IMG/VR virus record: IMGVR_UViG_3300006169_000011
Span: 1-44,813 of that record
Origin: a virus
Lineage: Duplodnaviria; Caudoviricetes
Direction: 5' to 3' (one strand)
Length of the DNA: 44,813 bases
Positions 38,062-44,813 of the stretch are shown piece by piece; position 1 is the first letter of the stretch, and each line of letters opens with the position of its first letter. A program made the position numbers and the translations under genes. The notes under the pieces are model-generated. The model saw nothing but the letters and a program-made list of their open reading frames with translations. It ran no database searches and was not told the DNA's origin.

Positions 38062-40939
38062 TTTTCTAGACTATTTCAACGCCCTCAGTAATGAGGACTT
38101 CGAAGAGAAGCCGGTAGAGATTGAAGAGTTCGTAGAGTCAGACGAATTCCTGGGACTACCGCCCCTTTCTCAAATCCAGTATGAAATCATCAGGGCCGGT
38201 AGCCAGATATACAAGTATGAAACTCTAGTCTCCCTCTATGGAGAGACAAAGGCAGCAACCCGCTGGGAAGAGACATTCAACGAGGTCATTCTCCAACTAG
38301 GAAAAGGCTGCCATGCCCCGTATACACCAGTCTACAACCCAGAAACAGGCAACTGGAACAGACTTGACTCTGCTAGAGAAGATGGTCTGGTAGTTTCCGA
38401 TGATGGTTCCGTCCACTACGCCACAGAATCATTCAAAGAGGGGTATGGAAGAATGGTCAGAGTCCGCACTGCTCTTGGTTTCGAAGAAGACGTTTACGTT
38501 GGGCACAAGTATCTATCATATACAAGGTCAAGGTTTTATCACAGATACAGAGGGTACCAACCGGAATACCGGCGCGTGGATGAAATTTCTGTAGGTGACA
38601 GAATTGCCATAGGTGTTGGATTTGATGTGTCTCAGCCGGTTGACATGCCTTTGGAACATGCAGAACTGATAGGGTACTGGCTAGGCGATGGGATGATGCC
38701 AACTGATAGCAACCCAACGATAAACATGGACTTCTGTGCCGATGAGACCGAAAGTATATCAAGATACGAGGCCCTTTGCATTTTCATTGGAGACAATCCG
38801 AGCAAGACCAAGCACCCAACAAAGAACCTGATATTCTTCCGGCATGGCAGAAACTCAAAGGCTGTTGCCCTGGCAAGGGAATATGGGCTGTGGGGTATGC
38901 GCTCGAAAACAAAGTGTGTTCCTGACGTTGTTTGGGCCGGTAGCAACAAGGTTGTCTCAGCCACCCTATCTAAGTTGTGGCAGACAGACGGATGCGTCTA
39001 CTCAAAGAATGGACTGACAGCAGAGTTCGTCTCTGTGTCAAGGCAACTGTCCACGGACGTTCAGAGAATGCTACTCAGACTAGGTGTTCCATCTTACATT
39101 AGATTCAGAACTCCCAAGTCAAACTTTGCTAACCCATCGGAAGCGGGATATGTGACTGTCACCAGTCAGGAATGCATGAATGCATTCTTGAATGTTGTTG
39201 AGTTGCTTGACCACAAGAGGGCAGAGCCCCTTCAGAAATTAGGAAGGGTGTATGCCAGGATGCAAGAGGGCCGGTACTACGATAGAGTTGTCTCTATTGA
39301 AGAAATAGGAGAAGGTGAATACTGGACAAGAACTGTTCCTGATACCGGCAACTATCTGGGCAACGGTATGCTATCCGCGAACAGCGGCAAAGACTACACA
39401 TCAGCAATCTCCTGTGCTTATGTAGTCTATCTGCTGCTATGTCTGAAAGACCCCGCCCGCTACTATGGAAAGCCGAAGAACGACCCTATTCACATTGTCA
39501 ATATCGCTGTGAACAGCGACCAGGCTCGCAACGTTTTCTTCAAAAGATTTGCCGAGATTATCAAAGACTGCCCTTGGTTCGACGGAAAGTATGAGCAACT
39601 TAAATCTCCACCGTCAATGGAATTCGACAAGAATGTCATGGTCCTCTCAGGACATTCCGAGCGAGAAGCCTTTGAGGGTCTAAACTTAATATACGCGGTG
39701 TTGGACGAGATTAGCGCATTCGCGCTGGAATCCAACACAGGAAACGAGCAGGCCAACACCGCCAGCGCAACCTATGACACTTACAGTAACTCAGTAACCT
39801 CACGTTTTGCCAAGTTCGGAAAACTCATGCTGCTGTCGTTTCCTCGCTTCAAGGACGACTTTATACAGACGAAGTACAATGAGGCAATAGCGGAGAAGGA
39901 AACTCTTCAAAAAACCCATACATTCAAACTAAAGGAAGACCTCCCAGACGGAACACCAAACAACGAGTTCACAATCGAATGGGAGGAAGACCATATCATC
40001 AGATATGAGACTCCTGGCGTGTTTGCGCTCCGTCGCCCTACATGGGATGTTAACCCAACCGTAGACATAGAAGACTTCAAGATTGCCTTCTACAAGAACC
40101 CTGGAAACGCTCTAGGTAAATTTGCATGTATGCCTTCTAACCTAGAAGAGGGTTTCTTCAAGAACGTCGAGGCAATCAAGTCGGCGTTCTCCAAGATAAA
40201 CGGAGTGGACGAGCATGGAATATTCCACCCCAAGTTCCAGCCGATAGAGGGAACCAAGTATTACATGCATGTTGACCTCGCCCAGAAGCACGACTACTGC
40301 GCTGTGGCTCTGGCACACGTAGACAGATGGGTTGACATTGAGGTTGGCTCAAACTATAAGGAAACTCTGCCATTCGTCGTTGTCGATGCAATCAGATGGT
40401 GGACACCCGAGCCCGGTAGGGACGTGGACTTCAAAGACGTTGTAAGTTACATCAAGGCGGTAAGGAGAAAGAAGTTCGATATCGACCTCGTAACCTTCGA
40501 CCGCTGGAACTCCAACGATACCATGAAAGACCTGGAGCAAAACGGAATCAATACCGACACCCTGTCTGTGGACAAGCCACACTACGACGACTTTTTGTCC
40601 GTTATGTACGATGCTCGTCTACTTGGCCCGAATGAGCAACTTCTGAAAGACGAACTGTCCCAACTGAGAATCGTAATCAAGGGAAAGAAAGTCACAATCG
40701 ACCACCCACGCTCAGGCACTAAAGATTTATCTGACGCCACTTGCGGAGCGATTTTCAATGCTGTAACATGGACCGAGAAGCCACGCAACGTGGCCGCGCA
40801 AGTCATGACCCTGGAAGACATACGCAAGGCGAACAGGCCGGTAGAGGAAAAAGAGTCCACCTTGCCTATCAAGGCACCAGCAGGCACAAAGATACCGAAA
40901 GAGTTGGAAGACTACATCTTTGCAGCCCGTATCGTCTAG
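38051..40939 (+). CDS. terL: Terminase large subunit, intein-containing
   Basis: P-loop GKG/SGKD rejoined after intein removal; VLDE Walker B; nuclease HVDLA, TFDRWN, IDHP..G.KD..DA. Confidence 0.92.
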   Translation: MSNDFLDYFNALSNEDFEEKPVEIEEFVESDEFLGLPPLSQIQYEIIRAGSQIYKYETLVSLYGETKAATRWEETFNEVILQLGKGCHAPYTPVYNPETGNWNRLDSAREDGLVVSDDGSVHYATESFKEGYGRMVRVRTALGFEEDVYVGHKYLSYTRSRFYHRYRGYQPEYRRVDEISVGDRIAIGVGFDVSQPVDMPLEHAELIGYWLGDGMMPTDSNPTINMDFCADETESISRYEALCIFIGDNPSKTKHPTKNLIFFRHGRNSKAVALAREYGLWGMRSKTKCVPDVVWAGSNKVVSATLSKLWQTDGCVYSKNGLTAEFVSVSRQLSTDVQRMLLRLGVPSYIRFRTPKSNFANPSEAGYVTVTSQECMNAFLNVVELLDHKRAEPLQKLGRVYARMQEGRYYDRVVSIEEIGEGEYWTRTVPDTGNYLGNGMLSANSGKDYTSAISCAYVVYLLLCLKDPARYYGKPKNDPIHIVNIAVNSDQARNVFFKRFAEIIKDCPWFDGKYEQLKSPPSMEFDKNVMVLSGHSEREAFEGLNLIYAVLDEISAFALESNTGNEQANTASATYDTYSNSVTSRFAKFGKLMLLSFPRFKDDFIQTKYNEAIAEKETLQKTHTFKLKEDLPDGTPNNEFTIEWEEDHIIRYETPGVFALRRPTWDVNPTVDIEDFKIAFYKNPGNALGKFACMPSNLEEGFFKNVEAIKSAFSKINGVDEHGIFHPKFQPIEGTKYYMHVDLAQKHDYCAVALAHVDRWVDIEVGSNYKETLPFVVVDAIRWWTPEPGRDVDFKDVVSYIKAVRRKKFDIDLVTFDRWNSNDTMKDLEQNGINTDTLSVDKPHYDDFLSVMYDARLLGPNEQLLKDELSQLRIVIKGKKVTIDHPRSGTKDLSDATCGAIFNAVTWTEKPRNVAAQVMTLEDIRKANRPVEEKESTLPIKAPAGTKIPKELEDYIFAARIV
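38309..39382 (+). mobile_element. Intein with LAGLIDADG endonuclease in terL P-loop (358 aa)
   Basis: Starts Cys (CHAPYT), ends GNGMLSAN before Ser+1; LIGYWLGDG and LWQTDG motifs. Confidence 0.9.
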
Positions 40940-40942
40940 GTC

Positions 40943-40971
40943 TTGACTCAGCCCCATTTTCATGCTATAAT
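40943..40971 (+). promoter_or_regulatory. Promoter
   Basis: TTGACT-17-TATAAT with TG extension. Confidence 0.75.
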
Positions 40972-40993
40972 GTACGCGAAGGGAGGTTCTCAA

Positions 40994-41614
40994 ATGGAGA
41001 CGATGGAAGAGTTGCTGGAGCAAAGAGCATCCAGAGAAGCATTGATTTGCGAACTACGCAGACGTGACGGTGACACGTGTCAGTATCCTGGCGCAAATCA
41101 CAAACTAGACTTCAGTGTCACCGAGGGTAACCAGCAGGTTACCATCGACCACTGGTTCGGTCAGGCGTGGGCATACGCGAACGGGTGGACCTACGAACAG
41201 GTCTGGGACTTGTCCAACCTTAAGTTGATGTGCAAGGGCCACAACGCCAAGAAGGGCTCACGTGTCCCAAATGAGGACGGTACCCTTCCTGAGCGTACTC
41301 GAAAGACCTTCCGCTACAGGCGGCAGAAGAGGGCAAACCGTCCTGAGGTCTGTGATTCATGTAATTCTGGTCGCAATCTGGGACCGGACGAAATATGTGC
41401 GGCCTGTGGTTCCGGCCCTATGCCGCACAGGTGGCCTAGATGGGCTAAGGTTCCAAGTAAGGAATGTTTACACGACGGTACCTTTTGGTGTTGGGCGTGT
41501 GCATCAGGTGTCATTGAACGGCCAAGTGCCACAGAGATGATATTGATAAATGGAGAAGGTGGAGACGAAGACGAAAGTCTGTCAGAAATGTCAGACAACG
41601 AAGAGTCTCTCTGA
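40994..41614 (+). CDS. HNH endonuclease with C-terminal zinc fingers
   Basis: RRDGDTC..TIDH..NL.LMC..HN..KG; CDSC, CAAC, C.H..CWAC; SD GGGAGG. Confidence 0.78.
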   Translation: METMEELLEQRASREALICELRRRDGDTCQYPGANHKLDFSVTEGNQQVTIDHWFGQAWAYANGWTYEQVWDLSNLKLMCKGHNAKKGSRVPNEDGTLPERTRKTFRYRRQKRANRPEVCDSCNSGRNLGPDEICAACGSGPMPHRWPRWAKVPSKECLHDGTFWCWACASGVIERPSATEMILINGEGGDEDESLSEMSDNEESL

Positions 41615-41984
41615 ATTCCATAAGGATAATTCACGAGTTGATGGGTACTCCTACGTTTGTAAAGAATGCAGGAGTACCCACCGACATGCATATTATGAGG
41701 CAATTAAGGTTCGGCTCAAAGAAAATTATGACCCCGTAGCCCAAAGAGAGAAAAGACTTCTGCTAAAATATGGAATAACACTTGAAGATTATCAAGTAAT
41801 GTATGATGAGCAGGATGGTAGATGTAAAATTTGCCAAGAAAAATTTGAGTTGCTACATGTAGACCATTGTCACGAAAGCGGGAAAATCAGGGGATTGTTA
41901 TGTCAATATTGTAATACTTCCCTGGGAGGCTTCCGAGACAGTATTGAAAATTTGCAAAGGGCAATCGAATACTTAGGAGGATAG
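41550..41984 (+). mobile_element. Endonuclease VII-family homing-like nuclease
   Basis: KYGIT..Q.G.C.IC..VDHCH.SG.IRGLLC..CN..LG; AT-rich. Confidence 0.85.
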
Positions 41985-41985
41985 A

Positions 41986-42609
41986 TTGACTAATCCAGAT
42001 TACACCCACCTGGCCGTGGTGGTAGACAGAAGCGGCAGCATGGCAACCTGCTATAAGGATATGATTGGTGGGCTTGACACCTTCTTCGGTGACCAGGCAA
42101 GCCAGCCGGGAGACTGTCTTGTAGACTATTTCCAGTTCGACACCGAATACGAGTCGGTATTTGAGGATAAGCCGGTAGGAGTTGCTAAGGCACAACTTAG
42201 CCCTCGTGGTGCTACCGCCCTCTTGGATGCCATTGGTAAGACGGTGACGACCCTTGGGGAGAAGTTGGCTGCAAAGCCAGAAGACGAACGACCAGGCAAG
42301 GTCATTGTCGTAATCGTCACGGACGGTTACGAGAACTCGTCAAGAGAATGGACGAAGGGCTCCGTAAAGAAGGTTGTCGAGACACAGCGCAATGACTATA
42401 ATTGGGACTTTGTGTTCCTTGGCGCAAACATGGACGCGGTTTCCGAGGGGGCATCCTTCGGAATGCTTCGTGGCTCTAGCCTGACGTACGACACGCATGA
42501 CACTGCGGCTGCTACGGCATCGCTGTCGGCGTACACAACGCAGACTAGAAGTTTCGGTGCGGCTGCGTTCTCAGACGAAGACCGTAGGAAGAACGCCCCG
42601 AAGTCTTGA
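41986..42609 (+). CDS. vWA-domain protein
   Basis: MIDAS DRSGSM, T.LLDA, TDG.ENSS, FLGAN. Confidence 0.85.
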   Translation: MTNPDYTHLAVVVDRSGSMATCYKDMIGGLDTFFGDQASQPGDCLVDYFQFDTEYESVFEDKPVGVAKAQLSPRGATALLDAIGKTVTTLGEKLAAKPEDERPGKVIVVIVTDGYENSSREWTKGSVKKVVETQRNDYNWDFVFLGANMDAVSEGASFGMLRGSSLTYDTHDTAAATASLSAYTTQTRSFGAAAFSDEDRRKNAPKS

Positions 42610-42634
42610 CCGTACCTTAGACCCCTGGTATAAT
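42606..42634 (+). promoter_or_regulatory. Promoter
   Basis: TTGACC-17-TATAAT with TG extension. Confidence 0.75.
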
Positions 42635-42654
42635 CGGGGCATCAGGGAAGCGAC

Positions 42655-42685
42655 GGAGGGAGCCAGATACCCGCTGGCTCCCTCC
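42655..42685 (+). promoter_or_regulatory. 5' UTR stem-loop
   Basis: GGAGGGAGCCAG-7 nt-CTGGCTCCCTCC, perfect 12-bp stem just upstream of SD. Confidence 0.6.
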
Positions 42686-42702
42686 CACTAGAAAGGAAAA
42701 GT

Positions 42703-43674
42703 ATGTCTTCTGCTCTTAGAGAGCGTACAAGCGAAATCATCGAGGCCGGTAAGGCTGAAAGAGGAAATTTCGAGCCAACCGGCGTTCCTCTAGCCATGTA
42801 TAACTACTGGCTTGGACACTCATTCACAGACAGGGCCAACAGGATTCGCCTGGGTATCCGTCGTGAGAACTTCTGCCATTTCTGGCGGGTAGTGGCAATC
42901 TGGGCACCCCTCATGTTCCTGGTGGTACGTCCGACAGCAATCACCGCTGATGCTTTGGCCAGGTTCTTTTCAACCAGACTCGGCCAGGCGGTAGCCATTG
43001 TGTTGTACGGCGTCCTCTTCTCCCTTATGGGACTCATAGGAGGATTAGCCCTGGTGTCATTTGTAGCCCTGACACTCCCTGTCGTCGCACTAGGACTTGT
43101 GTTGGGAATCTTGCTGGACAAGGCTGTGCCACAGACGACACAGGGTAAGGTTTTGTATGGAGGGGCAATGCTCCTGACACTACCGGCCTCTGCTCCCACC
43201 TATGGAGTAATCAAGTTCTACCGCTGGTGGCCCCGCGAGTGGACAGCGCCATTCTGGAGGGGAGTATGGTTTGCCATTGCGGGTGCTCTCGGGCTCGTGG
43301 CGGCTGTTATCGCAGTCGGTGGTTTCATTGCAGGAACCATGCAGTACGGATGGTGGTTTGTGCCCGCCCTTGCCGGTGGTATTGCGGCATTCATAGGGGT
43401 AGGAATGGTCCTGATTTCCGGTATGATGTGGCTTGGTGAGTTTATTCAAGGAAAGCGCAGAGTCGCTGTCCGTCAAAGAGAGAGCGCACGTGCCGAGGCA
43501 ATTGCCGAAGGCACCTACGTCGCCCCATCGGTTAGGTTCAAGCAAAGTCTCTTTGCGAGATTCTTCAGGGGACTCGGAGACCTGATTGTCTTCGGAACCC
43601 AGGTGGCACGAGTCAAGAAATGGGGCGTATGCCCCCTCGTAGAAATCGAGCATGACAATGTGGGTGTGGGTTAA
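42703..43674 (+). CDS. Multi-pass membrane protein
   Basis: About 6 hydrophobic segments; NFCHFWR and CPLV flanking motifs. Confidence 0.75.
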   Translation: MSSALRERTSEIIEAGKAERGNFEPTGVPLAMYNYWLGHSFTDRANRIRLGIRRENFCHFWRVVAIWAPLMFLVVRPTAITADALARFFSTRLGQAVAIVLYGVLFSLMGLIGGLALVSFVALTLPVVALGLVLGILLDKAVPQTTQGKVLYGGAMLLTLPASAPTYGVIKFYRWWPREWTAPFWRGVWFAIAGALGLVAAVIAVGGFIAGTMQYGWWFVPALAGGIAAFIGVGMVLISGMMWLGEFIQGKRRVAVRQRESARAEAIAEGTYVAPSVRFKQSLFARFFRGLGDLIVFGTQVARVKKWGVCPLVEIEHDNVGVG

Positions 43675-43837
43675 CCTGCCTTATGCCTGCTTTGGCATAA
43701 AGGTCACCTGTGAGAAGGTTGTCGATGCCGCACCCATCGCTGGCTGGATGATAGGAAAAGACACAAAGTTCATCCGTGACTGGATTGTCTCAAAAGGTGG
43801 AAAGTACGTCTGCTTGACACCAGACGAGAACGCATGA
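43652..43837 (+). CDS. Small hypothetical protein
   Basis: 61 aa; ACFGI...VVDAAPIAGWMIGK. Confidence 0.55.
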   Translation: MTMWVWVNLPYACFGIKVTCEKVVDAAPIAGWMIGKDTKFIRDWIVSKGGKYVCLTPDENA

Positions 43838-43843
43838 TACAAT
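43814..43843 (+). promoter_or_regulatory. Promoter for RNA cluster
   Basis: TTGACA-18-TACAAT with TG extension. Confidence 0.7.
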
Positions 43844-43913
43844 TGAATGAGTGGGCGTTCGTGCATTGAACTTAATGGTATTTGCTTGGCATTAGCGCAT
43901 CGCGGCCACCCAC

Positions 43914-43976
43914 GGCGGTTGACAAACCAGTAAAGGTCGGGAAGTTGAGGGTTGTAACTCCCGTCTACCGCCACCA
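43914..43976 (+). ncRNA. tRNA-like RNA with ACCA end, lacking a canonical anticodon arm
   Basis: GGCGGTTGAC pairs with GTCTACCGCC followed by ACCA; T-arm-like GGGTTGTAACTCCC; 1 nt upstream of tRNA-Gln. Confidence 0.5.
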
Positions 43977-43977
43977 A

Positions 43978-44048
43978 TGCCCGGTAGTGTAATGGCAGCA
44001 CGCAGCACTCTGGATGCTGAAATCTAGGTCCGATTCCTAGGCGGGCAG
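43978..44048 (+). tRNA. tRNA-Gln (CTG)
   Basis: Acceptor TGCCCG/CGGGCA, D arm GTGTAATGGCAGCAC, anticodon arm CAGCA-CTCTGGA-TGCTG, T arm CTAGG-TCCGATT-CCTAG; CCA not encoded. Confidence 0.88.
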
Positions 44049-44062
44049 CAAGAAAGAATCCA

Positions 44063-44071
44063 TGGTACAAT
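44063..44071 (+). promoter_or_regulatory. Extended -10 promoter, leaderless
   Basis: TGGTACAAT, ATG 6 nt downstream, no SD. Confidence 0.55.
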
Positions 44072-44077
44072 GAATAC

Positions 44078-44788
44078 ATGGAACGAGGACTAGGGCGCTA
44101 TCAGGAATTCGATGAGCGCAGCAGAAAATTCAGGGCGATAGTCGGAGTAGAAGACCTCCCCCTTCAGAACAAAATCTGGACGGTCCCTGTGTGGAACGAC
44201 CAGGGACAGGAAGGTGCCTGCGTCGGCTTCGGCTGGGGACATGAACTTGCGGCCCAGCCCGCTCCCTATATGACAGACTATGATTTTTCCATGAAGATTT
44301 ATCATAGAGCACAGCAACTTGACCAGTGGTTCGGTGAGGACTATGAAGGAACATCGGTACTCGCAGGAGCCAAAGCAGTAAGAGAACTGACCACCCCTAC
44401 AGGCCAACCCTTGATTGAGGGATATTCCTGGGCGTTCGGCACGGAGGAACTTTGCCGAAGCCTGGCCTTCAAGGGGCCGGTAGTCTTTGGATGCGACTGG
44501 TATGAAGGAATGTGGGATACAGACGAGAATGCCTACATTCACAAAACGGGCGGTAGAGTCGGAGGCCATTGTGTCTGTCTCAACAGAGTTGTCCTAAAGA
44601 AGATAGACGCAACCAAGCCCCTGCTATGGAACAACGTGAATATGGAAACATCATTTGTCAGGGGCCGGAATAGTTGGTCTAGAGATTGGGGTTACTATGG
44701 TAACTTCCGCTTAAGTTTAGTAGATTTAGATGCATTGGTAAAGGATGGGGCGGATGCTTGTATTCCTTATGGAAGGCACTGGCTATGA
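44078..44788 (+). CDS. Papain-like (C1) cysteine peptidase
   Basis: DQG.EGACVGF (Gln/Cys), GGHCV (His), RNSW..DWG (Asn). Confidence 0.85.
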   Translation: MERGLGRYQEFDERSRKFRAIVGVEDLPLQNKIWTVPVWNDQGQEGACVGFGWGHELAAQPAPYMTDYDFSMKIYHRAQQLDQWFGEDYEGTSVLAGAKAVRELTTPTGQPLIEGYSWAFGTEELCRSLAFKGPVVFGCDWYEGMWDTDENAYIHKTGGRVGGHCVCLNRVVLKKIDATKPLLWNNVNMETSFVRGRNSWSRDWGYYGNFRLSLVDLDALVKDGADACIPYGRHWL

Positions 44789-44813
44789 CCTCATTCTGGA
44801 AGGGTATGTTTGC

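Noticed and set aside
43851-43976. tmRNA
   Set aside because: The 3' end is tRNA-like, but the element is far too short and has no tag ORF or G3-U70 alanine identity pair
1-44813. Integrase, repressor, reverse transcriptase/DGR or DNA-modification cassette
   Set aside because: No such motifs or template/variable repeat pairs seen in this window
44785-44813. Start of a further CDS (ATGA overlap) at the window edge
   Set aside because: Only 9 codons visible; cannot be supported

Overview
A 44.8-kb segment of a large tailed phage genome, probably lytic and infecting an actinobacterium. Gene content and order resemble the Streptomyces cluster BE/BK-type siphoviruses, judged from memory of those families rather than a search. 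Essentially all genes are on the + strand. The order is: tail module (major tail protein, frameshifted tail assembly chaperones, 2301-aa tape measure protein with three cell-wall hydrolase domains, minor tail and fibre proteins); membrane/holin and small genes; a complete replication-recombination module (DnaB helicase, DnaG primase, SSB, DnaE, MazG-like, RecA, two resolvases, Cas4-like exonuclease); nucleotide-metabolism genes; terminase with an intein; HNH/EndoVII nucleases; vWA, membrane and papain-like protease genes; and tRNA-Gln plus an odd tRNA-like RNA. Five signals stand out. (1) A non-palindromic motif, (G)GCCGGTAG with core CGGTAG, is strongly over-represented and strand-biased through coding sequence, while GATC and AGCT appear absent. 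(2) A HAD 5'-nucleotidase gene is broken in its catalytic DxD motif by GAT-TA-GAC, the geometry of a matched-codon ribosomal stop-hop. (3) A CCA-ending tRNA-like RNA lacks an anticodon arm. (4) The terminase intein lacks several canonical splicing residues. (5) Many near-consensus housekeeping-sigma promoters are present, several apparently driving leaderless mRNAs. All counts were made by eye and need computational confirmation.
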